From Eledone cirrhosa (Eukaryota), in the NCBI GenBank assembly GCA_964016885.1, contig OZ024746.1, forward strand, positions 100,254,001-100,318,000: a stretch of 64,000 nt of DNA. The letters run 5' to 3'. A model generated the notes under the pieces. That model did no database searches and was not told where the DNA came from. It was given only the letters and a program-made list of their open reading frames with translations. The position numbers were made by a program, and so were the translations under genes. Below are positions 29,493 to 46,020 of the stretch, piece after piece. Every line of letters starts with the position of its first letter. Position 1 is the stretch's first letter.

Positions 29493-29765
29493 ATATGGCC
29501 TAGTGGTAAGGGTGTTTTTACTTACGATCGTAATGTCGTGGATTCGATTCCTGGGATGGGTTGTGCGCTGAGTTCTTGAGTAAAACACTTCATTTCACGT
29601 TGCTCTAGTATACTAAGCTGAAAATGAGTGTTAGTAATAGCTGGGGTGGGGAGCTAACCCTGTGATGGACTGGCGTCCTGTCCAGAGGCAGCCTTGTACT
29701 GTCAGTTGCTTCACGCCGTGGAAACCGGGTTAAGCGCTGGCCTGATGTGCCGCCGGGCTCCTGAT
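29493..29765 (+). mobile_element. CORE-like tRNA-derived SINE (OR2-like)
   Basis: tggcctagtggtaag A-box and gattcgattcc B-box, followed by a ttcttgagtaaaacacttcatttcacgttgctc CORE-like block. Homologous to 60900-61320. Confidence 0.75.
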
Positions 29766-29838
29766 AAACTTTAAATGTACTCAGATAAAACTAATGAATT
29801 TCATTTAACGTCTGAGACTTGTGATGAGTGAATTGTTT

Positions 29839-30126
29839 ATGGCAGTGAAGGCAAGGCTAGGTGATGGCGGATGGCAGTGAAGGCAAGGCTAGGTGATGGC
29901 GGATGGCAGTGAAGGCAAGGCTAGGTGATGGCGGATGGCAGTGAAGGCAAGGCTAGGTGATGGCAGATGGCAGTGAAGGCAAGGCTAGGTGATGGCGGAT
30001 GGCAGTGAAGGCAAGGCTAGGTGATGGCGGATGGCAGTGAAGGCAAGGCTAGGTGATGGCGGATGGCAGTGAAGGCAAGGCTAGGTGATGGCGGATGGCA
30101 GTGAAGGCAAGGCTAGGTGATGGCGG
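29839..30126. repeat. 32-bp minisatellite, 9 copies
   Basis: atggcagtgaaggcaaggctaggtgatggcgg x9, near-identical. Confidence 0.95.
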
Positions 30127-30753
30127 AACTATTACTGATAGTCACATACAGATATTGTTGCCTGTGTTGTTGACGTTAAATTGTTTAAGATTTTTTTTAA
30201 CCATTAAATAAATAACCTACACATTCAGAAATATGAAGGGCTGACTGCATATATAGCTTAATGTGTTGTATCCTTATATTAATGCGTTGAGCCTGATCGA
30301 TATAGAAGGAACCGTGAGCTGATCAATAGCGAAACGTGCGTCACACCTGATTAAACTTAATGATGATACTGACACCTCGTTCCTACTTATTTTTAATTAT
30401 ATATATACTGTGGTGGTTTATTAGTTCAGTAGGAAGTACTCTCGAGTCCCAAATAATCGTCGTCGTACCCAAATTATTAAGTTTGCTAATCTATCTCGGG
30501 CAAAATTTAATTTCAATTTTTATTTATACATTAAGAAACATTATACATGACAAAAAAGTACATTACTAGAAATCCCATACGTTATAAAATAAATAGGATG
30601 GGTTGGGGTCTCAATATGTAAACTAAATAACTAATTCTGGTTTTAAAAAAATCAACAGAGACAACCAAGAAAAATTACTGATTCCCAAACCTCCAGCTCC
30701 CCGCTTATTCCAACCACCTCCCTATTATTTGGGGCCCGAGAGTGGATGTAGAC

Positions 30754-31282
30754 CAGAGGTTTTCAATATGGGCGTTAACGCCCCCCGGGGAGGGGAGGGT
30801 TGAGAAAGTCCAGAGTGGTGCTGGGGTCTAAAGGGGCAGTAGAGATGATATAATAGTATATTAAATATCTAATGATACATATATAAATATAGTGCGGTGG
30901 ATTGACAGTATTGGTAGAGGGTTGGACGCCATGCTTTCCAGCATAGAGTTACGCCCCTTTATGTTCTGAGTTCAAATCCCGCCGAGGTTAACTTTGTCTC
31001 ACCCTTATGAGGTTGATAAAATAAAGTACCAGTAATGTACTGGGTAATTGCTGGCCTTGTGCCAAAAGTAGAAACAATTATATATGAATATAGTAAAATA
31101 TATATTTATTTATACATAGTATATATTATATTATTTATTATATATAAATCAACGATTTTATTTATTATATATTATTTACAATTTGTGTGTAGGTAGGTCT
31201 CTCTGGAAATAGGGTTGGAGGGCGTTGAGGGTGTTACGTGGACGTGAGTGGAGCAGTGACCCAAAAAGTTTGAGAACCTCTG
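30754..31282. mobile_element. hAT-type MITE with nested SINE (30893-31080, +)
   Basis: TIRs cagaggttttcaa / ttgagaacctctg with an 8-bp TSD atgtagac/ctgtagac. Confidence 0.8.
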
Positions 31283-31481
31283 CTGTAGACACTCCTTTAA
31301 TGTGATGGCTTATTAATTAGATTAGTAGGTAAACAGTCCACCTTGCAAGAAATAGACCAACTAGTAGGTAAATATTGTATCTTCCTCAATATTTAACATT
31401 GTTGCTTACACATAGATGTATGTGTTTATATAAGTATGTTTATATAAGTATATAGGTGTAGAGAGAGAGAGAGAGTATGAG

Positions 31482-31756
31482 CAGAGGCATAACTAGGGAC
31501 AATAGCCCCTATGGCAAACAGTGAAATTGTGCCCCTACCCAGCACTGTATTTTTACCTATGGAGGTCTAATAATTTATATAAATGGTTTAATGATCCGGC
31601 CATGACAATCAGAGACAGATCATACATCTGCAGGAGTTTCTTTATTCACTCTCCGACAAGGCTTATTTGGCTGTAATAGAACCTGCTCCTAGTACAAGTG
31701 GCGCCCCTGCCCCCTTCATGTGGCAGCCATGCTTGCCATACCCTAGTTATGCTTCT
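31482..31756 (+). mobile_element. MITE (probably hAT)
   Basis: TIRs agaggcataactaggg / ccctagttatgcttct. Confidence 0.7.
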
Positions 31757-32279
31757 TAGTGTGAGTCTGCAGTGCTAGTGCTGAGACGAAGGAGACCCTA
31801 AACCATGGAAGTACTCAATGCATGGGGAGAGGCAAAATTGCTTTGCTTAACTAATGAATATTTCCACCTCTGTGCACCTAACCTCTGCATGAATCCAGCC
31901 ACCGAGCTGCCTTCCACTGCATATTGCACATTGAGCACATGCCTTTACGCTTTGGCTTCTAACTAATTCACCAATCTCTCTTCTATCTCCATCTCTCTCT
32001 TTAAGATTGGTTTACTCTGGAACTGTGTATGTATATATATATATCTACATACACACACACATCCTTGCACATATAAACCCACATATCTGATATGTTGAAA
32101 AGATTCCCATCACCTTGATTGTACCCTGAGTAGATCAATATCAAAACTATTGTAATATGTAAAGTTTGTACATATGTTGTAACACTGACTTTGATTCTTA
32201 CTTATATATAATAAATATATATATATATAATAAATATACAATGATATTAAATAAATGGAAACTATATTTATAAAACCAT

Positions 32280-32338
32280 ATTCTATTATATATATTTCAA
32301 GGGTACCAAAACTTTGGTACGCTCTCATCAGATAAAAT
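32280..32338 (-). ncRNA. Type I hammerhead ribozyme
   Basis: The minus strand reads attttat-CTGATGA-gag(c)gtaccaaa-gt-tttggtac(c)ctt-GAAA-tatata-TA-atagaat. Confidence 0.85.
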
Positions 32339-32409
32339 ACAAAGTTTGTTTTATAAATATTGACATATCCAGGAAGGAGATCTTAACGGTTCAAGTTTTT
32401 CATTTTGCT

Positions 32410-34058
32410 TATATAATAAATATATATATATAATATATATATATATATAATATATATATTTATTATATATATATAATATATAATATATTATATATATATA
32501 ATATATATATATATATAATATATATAATATATATAATATATAATATATATATATATATAATATATATATATATAATATATATAATATATAATATATATAA
32601 TATATAATATATAATATATATATATATAATATATATATATATAATATATATATATATAATATATATATATATAATATATATATATATATAATATATATAT
32701 ATATAATATATATATATATATAATATATATATATATAATATATATATATAATATATAATATATATATATAATATATATATATAATATATATATATAATAT
32801 ATATAATATATATATATATAATATATATAATATATATAATATATATAAAATATATATATATAATATATATATAATATATATATAATATATATTATATATA
32901 TATAATATATATTATATATATATAATATATATATATAATATATATATATAATATATATTATATATATATAATATATATATATAATATATATTATATATAT
33001 ATAATATATATATATAATATATATTATATATATATAATATATATATATAATATATATTATATATATATAATATATATATATAATATATATATATTATATA
33101 TATATATAATATATATATATTATATATATATATAATATATATATATATATAATATATATATAATATATATTATATATATATAATATATATATATAATATA
33201 TATATATAATATATATATATAATATATATATATATAATATATATATAAATATATATATAATATAATATATATATAATATAATATATATAATATAATATAT
33301 ATATAATATAATATATATAATATAATATATATAATATAATATATATAATATAATATATATAATATAATATAATATATATATAATATAATATATATATAAT
33401 ATAATATATATAATATATATTATATATATATAATATATATATATAATATATATATATAATATATATATATATATAATATATATATAATATAATATATATA
33501 TAATATATATATAATATAATATATATATAATATAATATATAATATAATATATATAATATATATTATATATATATAATATATATATATAATATATATATAT
33601 AATATATATATATAATATATATTATATATATATAATATATATATATAATATATATATATAATATATATATATATAATATATATATAATATAATATATATA
33701 TATAATATATATATAAATAATATAATATATATATAATATAATATATATATATATTATATATATATAATATATATAATATATATATAATATAATATATGTA
33801 TAATATAATATATATAATATATATATATAATATATATATAATATAATATATATATAATATAATATATATAATATATATATATAATATATATATAATATAA
33901 TATATATATAATATAATATATATATAATATAATATATTATATATATATAATATATATAATATATATATATATAATATAATATATATATAATATATATATA
34001 TATTATATATATATAATATATATTATATATATATATATAATATATATATATATTATAT

Positions 34059-34092
<34 letters not shown>

Positions 34093-34132
34093 ATATATAT
34101 ATATATATATAAAATATATATATATATATTAA

Positions 34133-34178
<46 letters not shown>

Positions 34179-34227
34179 AATAATATATATAGTATATATA
34201 TATATATATAATATATATAGTATATAT

Positions 34228-34258
<31 letters not shown>

Positions 34259-34272
34259 ATATATATATAATA
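32410..34272. repeat. Long (TA)n/(TATAA) tract
   Basis: Direct inspection. Confidence 0.95.
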
Positions 34273-34712
34273 TACGATATTAAATAAATGGAAACTATAT
34301 TTATAAAACCATATTTATTTCATTATATATATTTCAGGGATATCATATTAACAATATGTTATGCCTTCCTCAGACAAAATACAATGTAGACAGTTTTATA
34401 GATAAATAGATTTGACATACCGTTCAACATCGACTTGTATTTGAAAAAGTTGATTTTCAAATACAAGTCGATGTTGAACGGTATGTCAAATCTATTTATC
34501 TATAAAACTGTCTATATTGTATTTTGTCTGAGGAAGGCATAACATTGTTAATATGATATCCCTGAAATATATATAATGAAATAAATATGGTTTTATAAAT
34601 ATAGTTTCCATTTATTTAATATCGTAAATATACTCCAAATACTTGTTGAGTGCTTTTATATCAGTTATAAATATTTACTAGTTGTAACCCAACAATTTAA
34701 ATATAACTTTCC
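34273..34712. mobile_element. Non-coding fold-back element with hammerhead ribozyme
   Basis: Inverted arms 34273-34447 / 34454-34626 with a 6-nt loop and an unpaired tail to about 34712, embedded in (TA)n. Confidence 0.85.
34521..34582 (+). ncRNA. Type I hammerhead ribozyme (mirror copy on - strand 34317-34380)
   Basis: attttgt-CTGAGGA-agg..cct-GAAA-tatata-TA-atgaaat. Stem I has two G-U pairs. Confidence 0.8.
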
Positions 34713-38160
<3,448 letters not shown>

Positions 38161-38599
38161 TGTTTATTCCACATAGATACGTGTGTGTGTGTGTACAATG
38201 TATAAGTATGGAGGAAATGTTACCTTCAGTTAAATTTGCCGGGTAAACGGGATGTTCCGATGTTCCGACGTCCGCATCTAATCCGAAAAAATAAGGTAGA
38301 CAACCTAGCGTGCTTCTTCTTAATTTTCTGACGTAGCTTACCTGTTGCCACTGCTGCTGATTAACCTCACTACTCCAGCTGCTGCTGATATCGACGATAC
38401 ACTAATTAAAGCTTCAGTGAAGTTAGCCACAAAACCTGTGTAGGAACAAAAATGTACAAGTCTCAGCTCCACTCCCGTTTTTATTCGGGACAGAAACGTT
38501 ATTTCTTTCTCTCGACTGTTTTATTAAAGAGAGTTCTTATTAATTCTATCTTTAAGAGGGCGAAGGATTAACATAAATTAATAACTACAACCACGCCTA

Positions 38600-38739
38600 C
38601 ATATTTATATATATATATATGTGTGCGTGTGTATATATGTGTATGTATGTATATGTATGTATATATATATGTATGTATATATGTGTATGTATATATATGT
38701 ATGTATATGTATGTATATATGTGTATGTATATATATATG

Positions 38740-38788
<49 letters not shown>

Positions 38789-38853
38789 GTATGTATATAT
38801 ATATGTATGTGTATGTATGTATATGTATGTATATATATGTATATGTATGTATG

Positions 38854-38894
<41 letters not shown>

Positions 38895-38905
38895 GTATAT
38901 GTACG

Positions 38906-38937
<32 letters not shown>

Positions 38938-38959
38938 TGTATGTATGTATATATATATG

Positions 38960-39009
<50 letters not shown>

Positions 39010-39028
39010 TATGTATATATATATATAC

Positions 39029-39087
<59 letters not shown>

Positions 39088-39606
39088 TATGTATATATAT
39101 ATATACATATGTATATATATATATACATATGTATATATATACATATGTATATATATATATACATATGTATATATATATATATATACATGTATATATATAC
39201 ATATGTATATATATATATACATATGTATATATATATATACATATGTATATATACATATGTATATATATATATATATATATACATATGTATATATATATAT
39301 ACATATGTATATATATATATATATACATATGTATATATATATACATATGTATATATATATATATATACATATTTATATATATATATACATATGTATATAT
39401 ATATATACATATGTATATATATATATACATATGTATATATATATATATATATACATATGTATATATATATATATACATATGTATATATATATATATACAT
39501 ATGTATATATATATATATATATATACATATGTATATATATATATATATATATACATATGTATATATATATATATATATATACATACATATATATATATAC
39601 ACATAC

Positions 39607-39638
<32 letters not shown>

Positions 39639-39764
39639 ATACATATATATATACACATACATATACATATATATATATACACATACATATACATATATAT
39701 ATATATATATATATACATACATATATATATACACATACATATACATATATATATATACACATAC

Positions 39765-39826
<62 letters not shown>

Positions 39827-39933
39827 ATATATATATGTATGTATATATATATATGTATGTATATATATATATGTATATGTATGTATATATATATATATAT
39901 ATATGTATGTATATATATATATGTATATGTATG

Positions 39934-39964
<31 letters not shown>

Positions 39965-39966
39965 AT
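38600..39966. repeat. (TA)/(TATG) microsatellite tract
   Basis: Direct inspection. Confidence 0.95.
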
Positions 39967-40205
39967 AAACAGTTCCAGAGTAAACCAATCCTAAAGAGGG
40001 AGATAGGAGAAGAGACATTGGTGAAGGTGTTAGAAGCCAAAAGCGTAAAGGCATGTGCTCGATGTGCAATATGCAGTGGGAGTCAGCTAGAGAACTGGGT
40101 TCATTAGGTGCACAGAGCTGGAAATATTCATTAGTTAAGCAAAACAAGACCACAAAATTCACAATTGTGAATTTTGTGGTCTTGTTTTGCTTAACTAATG
40201 AATAT
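39967..40205 (-). mobile_element. Short fold-back element end (perfect palindrome of about 80 bp plus tail)
   Basis: Palindrome at about 40125-40204 centred on acaattgt. The tail is homologous to 31842-32025 (opposite strand). Flanked by (TA)n. Confidence 0.7.
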
Positions 40206-40261
40206 ATACATATATATATATATGTATGTATGTATATATGTATGTATATATATATATATTT

Positions 40262-41378
40262 ATTATGAAAATAAACCAAAGAAGCTTTCAATACATCAAA
40301 AGTCTTTATTAGCCAACAATGTTTCGTCCTATTAGGACTCATCAGGGCAATTAAAGCTATAAGAAGCACTATCGGCCAATACAAGCCAAAAACTCAGAAG
40401 AATATGGAGTGTACATACAATAAAACATAGGAAAATTATCGGGTAAAAATTATCAAGTAAAAATTGCTAAGGAAGTGAATAACATTTTGAACCATATTAC
40501 AAATATAGTCCAATGCAAAAACTAAAGCTAAACAAAGGTGGTGATATAGAGCGGGAATTATTGTACTATATATAATATAATATAATATAAAATAATATAA
40601 TTGATAATGACAATAATAATAATAATATTAAAAATAATATTAAAAGGCCCAATATATATATATATATATACATATGTACACATATATACATATATATCAA
40701 TACACATTTCCATCAATACAAGCACAAGAGTTTAAATATAAATAATAAGAATAAGAAGAAGAAGAATAAAAATAAAAATAGAAATGAAAATAAAAATATA
40801 ATTCATATATTATTCACAGTATAAAGTGAAGAAGAAATGATTAAAAGTAAACATATAATATATTATAATAATCTATATAATTATATAATTATATAATAGA
40901 TAATATCCGGTTAATTTGCACAAACAATATAAATGTTACAATAATACTATAATAACAATATTTTAATATAATGGCATATAACTTAACAAATCATATAGAG
41001 TTACAGACCGGGTGAGAAAAAATATTGTACAGAACTAAATTATGTTGGAAAAATTATGTTGGAAAAATATCAAAACCATTGCAAGAAAACAGATGGAGGT
41101 CACATTTCTCTACAATTGGTGTAAATAAATATTATCCAAACATTACAAAAAATTATAAAAGTATAAACATATTACAGAATTTACAAAATTTAACATAACA
41201 TAATGGTACATTTAATAATCGGTAAATAATTATATATACATATATATAATATATATAATAATTGGTTTATTTTCATAATTCTTCGGCTCTGTTTAATTAC
41301 ATTGAGCTATACCTTTACTGTCATTTCTATAATACGAAGAGGGTGTTTAACTCCAACACACTCTAGTATTTTAATTCT

Positions 41379-41380
<2 letters not shown>
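40262..41380. mobile_element. Non-coding Penelope pLTR-like element with 17-bp inverted ends and hammerhead
   Basis: ttatgaaaataaaccaa (40263-40279) / ttggtttattttcataa (41262-41278), then a tail of about 100 nt and (TA)n. Confidence 0.7.
40312..40348 (-). ncRNA. Minimal type I hammerhead ribozyme
   Basis: The minus strand reads gcc-CTGATGA-gtcct-aat-aggac-GAAA-cattg-TT-ggc. Confidence 0.88.
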
Positions 41381-41409
<29 letters not shown>

Positions 41410-41499
41410 ATATATATGTATGTATATATATATGTATGTGTGTATATATATGTATGTGTGTATATATATATATATATGTATGTGTGTATATATATATAT

Positions 41500-41750
41500 A
41501 TTAGTTTTGCGAGGTTTTTTATATGAAATCGTGTGTCGAAACAAATATTGTTTTACTTGGGGAGGGTCATATTTGTGTAATATTGCCAGAATTAATAACA
41601 GAACACACTCACTGTTTGGTGGTTGGTTTTCGCTTTTCGCTTTTCGCTTCTGTGAATTTTATATCGGTAATCTAATTTATTCGGTCCTCAATGTTGCCAT
41701 TGACTGACCGACGGTCAAAAATAATACAGATACAATATAGACCAAACACA
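41500..41750 (-). mobile_element. Penelope-like element terminus related to the 57.8-kb pLTR tail
   Basis: tgaaatcgtgtgtcgaaacaaatattgttttacttggggagggtcat resembles the reverse complement of 57828-57876. Flanked by (TA)n. Confidence 0.55.
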
Positions 41751-41784
41751 TATATATAGTTTATCAAATATATATATATATATG

Positions 41785-42870
41785 TAGTCGAAGGAGTAAT
41801 ATCAAGCCCTGCCAAAGTCAGCAGTGGCGTCCCACAAGGCACTGTGTTGGGCCCACCTCTTTTCATCATCTACATTAATGACATTACTGACATCATCAAA
41901 CACAGCAAAATCAGAATCTTCGCAGATGATTCCAAGCTCCAAAGGGTCAACAATGAGGTGGGTGACCGGACTTGCCTTCAGTCAGACAGAGATGAATAAT
42001 ATGCAATTGAATGAGGATAAATTTGAACTAATCCACTTTCGAAAAAAGGATGCCCTGAAACTACCATACTCTCTTCCTTCGGGTGAAGCTCTAGTGGCTT
42101 CCAATAACATCAGAGACCTGGGAGTAATTGTGGACAACAACATAAGCTGGGCCACTCATATAAACAGCAAAGTTGATATGGCCCACAGAATGTGTTCCTG
42201 GATTCTCAGAACTTTCCAGTCGAGAGATATCCACACTGTTGTCCTTCTCTTCTCCATTTTTGCCCGACTCCACCTTGAATACTGTTGTCCACTGTGGTCA
42301 CCCCACACGAAACAAAGTATCATGAAAGTTGAAGCACCCCAAAGGTCAATTACAAAAAAGATAGTTGGCATGACAGGCCTTGACTATTGGGGTAGATTAG
42401 AAAAGCTCAAACTTTATTCTCTTCAACGTCACCGTGAGCGCTACATTATCTGTATGATGTGGAAAATATTCCATCAGCTTAGCCCAAATGATGTTGGCAT
42501 CACCTTTAGTGTACACCCAAGGCTTGGGCCCCGTGCTATCCGCGCACGACAAAAATCCCACTCGCATCACATAACAACAATACGGCACAATTATTTCACC
42601 TCAATTGGCCCTGCACTATTTAACATTACACCAAAACACATCAAAGCAGAGACAGACCCCATCAAGTTGAAGAAGTCTTTGGATAAATTCCTTCAAGAAA
42701 TCCCGGATAAGCCTCCTACACCCGGATATGCCTCCGTAAACAATAACTCTCTGCTTGAGTGGGCCATGGTGCCCAAACACTGATTTGTAAGACTTCGCCA
42801 GGTGGTGCTATTAAGTTAGACATGGCCTGGGCCAATACTGGCCGAAACCTATCAAAGTTATCAAAGTTAT
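41785..42870 (+). mobile_element. 5'-truncated CR1/L2-group LINE (RT C-terminal half)
   Basis: [25 protein letters not shown] in one frame, then RDLGVIVD, LEYCCPLWSP and RLEKLKLYSLQRHRER in ORF 41824-42783. Ends in a (tatcaaagt) tandem tail. Confidence 0.9.
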
Positions 42871-43769
42871 GTATAAATATGTATGTATGTATGTATATAT
42901 ATATGTATAACACCTGCAACCCTGATGGTATCCAATGATGTTGACTTGTTCTGCTTTTTGGTAAATATCATCTTGGTTAAGAGAGTGGGACAGGCTTTGT
43001 GCAGTGCCTTTGCTCACTATAAAAACTTCACAGCACAGGCATTGCTTTATATCTGGAGATCTCTCTGCACTTGTCGTCACATGGTACCATGGGCCCAGCA
43101 CTATAAAGTTACTTTCCACATTGGCAGAATTGACTCGATCCTCTAGATGGCAGTGTAATTCAAGATGGCATTTACTCCACAACAACGTAGTTGGTGTCTT
43201 TTTGTGGTCACCCTGTATATGGTTGAACTATGTAGATATTCTAGGTCTGGTCTGCAGTATTATCAATCATCAACAATGTTTTTTCAATGTAGGAAAGAAA
43301 AGCCACTGTGCGAAATTTTCTGTTGTTTTACCCAGGCTTTTTTGTTCGATTTCCAAATCAGAGGCAGACATATTTATATTTACCTCATTTGTCGTAATGT
43401 TTATAACTCTGTTGTTGCAGCGGGTGTCGCTGGCCATTGTCCGTGGAAATACCTTTGCAGTTTGTCCGCGGTTTGCAGCCCAAACACTGCCCCGCCCCAG
43501 ATCCTGTCTTCTTCCTCTCCCTTTCTTCTGTGACCCAAGAGTCCTTGCTTATTCCCTCTCATTTATGGTATTTATAGTCCTTTCCTCTACTTTCCCATAC
43601 AACCAGATCTGCCCTTCTTTACCCCTTCTCCTCTATCTCATTACTTACTTTTGTTTTTATCTTTCTTTCTCATATCTATGTAATTATCAATGGTTATTGG
43701 CCTTGTGCCTAAATCAGCACAGGGGGTTCTTTGAAATGGATATGTTTTGCTTATTAGGGTTTTTATGGG

Positions 43770-44340
43770 AATACCTGGTCTTTAAACCATCTTAATATTT
43801 GATTTGGACTTGTCTAGGGCCCTTCTAAATCTATAAGCTAGTTCGCTTCTAGGGGTTGTATTGACGAACATTACACTCTGGTATGAGTTTATTTTATTTG
43901 TCTTATTCCTAATCCTTTCTATTCTGTTCCAAAATGTGCTCCTATACAAGGGGCAAGTTCCATTTGCATCATTTTCTACAATCTTTGTCCATTTGGTTCT
44001 AGCTCCTTTATATACCCTGATCTTGTCTCTCTTATTGTAACCAGAGAACTGCATGTGGTGGATGAAGTGTTCTATGTGTCTCTCTAATTCTTTAGGGTTG
44101 CACATTCAGGACACGTTCCTCATCACCCTTACTAAGTCCGCAATCAGTATGTTGATTTTTATGTTGTCCGAAACAGCTGAGTTTCGGTGGATCAGGTATT
44201 TGGAGGTCATGGGTTTGGCATAATGTGAATGGAGGATTTGCGTTGTATTACTAATAGTTTCCAACCAGAGTTCTGTGCCTAGTACAGATAATCTATGGTT
44301 GGGGTGTTTATTTGGGTAGTCTATAGTAACTTTAGTATAT
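43770..44340 (-). mobile_element. Penelope-like element (Naiad-like) RT thumb/linker fragment
   Basis: HSHYAKPMTSKYLIHRNSA..KINILIADLVRVMRNVS, MQFSGY, PLYRS and SVMFVNTTPRSELA. Overlaps in homology with 57430-57570. Confidence 0.8.
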
Positions 44341-44352
44341 ATACTGTATATA

Positions 44353-44424
<72 letters not shown>

Positions 44425-44427
<3 letters not shown>

Positions 44428-44645
44428 TCATCATCATCATCATCAGGTTTAGCGTCCGTGTTCCACGCTTGCATGGGTTTGGACGGGGGTTTTCCCACTT
44501 GAGGCAAGAGTGGTTGTCTTGCTCGCATAGGACTGTCTGGCGGGTTTTCTACAGTTGGATGCCCTTCCTAACACCAACCACATTTACAGTGTGGGGCTGG
44601 GAGGTTTTTACCGTGTTGCCTACACGGCCACATTACAGCGTGGAC
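44425..44645 (-). mobile_element. RTE LINE 3' UTR/tail fragment
   Basis: Reverse-complement homolog of 4005-4215 with a (CAT)n tail. Confidence 0.8.
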
Positions 44646-44647
44646 TG

Positions 44648-44689
<42 letters not shown>

Positions 44690-45225
44690 GCTCCGGGACC
44701 AATAAAAATACAAAACAACATTGATAAATCTATTTTGTAAATAGGACATCGACAAAATAATAAAGTTGTGTACTACAGAACTTTTCCTCTCCCCTTCCAT
44801 ATAGAAATATTTTATTAATGGCTTGAGTAAATACTATTTATTACAGGGAAGTACAATATAACATTATGTTCAACGAGATGCGTGAGATACTTTCCAAATG
44901 TTGACACATAATCGAATTCCTACTAAACTATTTGATCCAGCTTCAAGTTACAACAGATTGCTCCGTGATCATTCAAAATGTTAGAAATAGCAGCTAATCA
45001 CAACTCTTTCTCAAATCATACTCTACTGCCTTTAAAAAAAAGACCACCATTAATTAACACCTTCTACTCCACCCTCCTGACCATCCCACCCGTTCGATAC
45101 TGGACTTTGTTATAGGATGGAGACACACGCGAGGAGCCCCTCGCACTCGGTGGTTGGATACTCTCGCCAAGCCTGTGGAGTTCAAATGCCTCACCATCCA
45201 CCGAGAAGAACGGAGGGAACTAGTG

Positions 45226-45375
45226 AACATGGTTGGTTCAAATCACTGGCTTGCAAACATGGTTGGTTCAATGCTCTGGCTTGCAAACATGGTTGGTTCA
45301 ACACGCTGGCTAGTAAACATAGTTGGTTCAACGCTCTGGCTTGCAAACATGGTTGGTTCAATTCGCTAACTTGCA
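45226..45375. repeat. 30-bp tandem repeat x5 at the end of an RTE-like fragment (45085-45225)
   Basis: Units of aacatggttggttcaa..ctggcttgca. The upstream sequence translates to GWRHTRGAPRTRWLD, resembling the RTE C-terminus. Confidence 0.75.
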
Positions 45376-45544
45376 GCACACGAGTGAAAAGAAGAAAGAT
45401 ATATATAATAAAACTGATTAGGGAGACGAGAAACAATTGTGATTAATCATATATTGTCTGCATATTCAGTAGTCCCCCGGTATTTGCGGGGCTAGGTTCC
45501 TAGAGCACCCGCGAAGAGTGAAAACCCGCGAATATTGGACGTGG

Positions 45545-45900
45545 TCCATAAAAATGCCTATATACGTCAAAATACCGGTCGCTCTCCGACAGGTTTGGCG
45601 TCGTGTCCTTGGCAGTGGAGACTTCTGGTGTCCTTGGCCCTAGGGCTACCTCCCTACACACCACCATAGGCACTGAGCTGGCCAGCCGCAGGTGTGAGCC
45701 CCGCAAGATGGAATGGCTCTTCCAGCACATCTCCCTTACCATCCTCCGGGGGAACACCTTCTCCATTCTGTCCACCGGGGCTGTGGGGAAACCAGCACGT
45801 GGGACCCCATGTGCTCACAAAACAAAGAGATGGGAGGGCGAGAGAAATGGGGGCGATGACGGTGGGAGTTCGGCTACATTGCACCTGTCACGTGGACCAT
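45545..45900 (+). mobile_element. CRE-clade non-LTR retrotransposon 3' end (restriction-like endonuclease C-terminus)
   Basis: LAVETSGVLGP...WLFQHISLTILRGN matches the CRE (AVET.G..G / FQRxSxAIxRGN) motifs. Further copies lie at 9395-9590, 47455-47605 and, diverged, at 43415-43480. Confidence 0.75.
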
Positions 45901-46020
45901 GTGATGATATATATATGTATATATATTGAAAACATGTTTGGTGACATGGATTTTAAGTATACATGTCATTGCTTGATTTCAGAGTATTTTTCTTTTGATG
46001 ATAATAATACAATGGATGGA

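Noticed and set aside
42905-43410. Possible transposase or host exon in overlapping ORFs
   Set aside because: No recognisable motif in any frame, so it was left unassigned.
44106-44108. In-frame TGA in the Naiad-like ORF as possible selenocysteine
   Set aside because: The fragment is otherwise decayed and no SECIS was identified. CGA-to-TGA decay is the simpler explanation.
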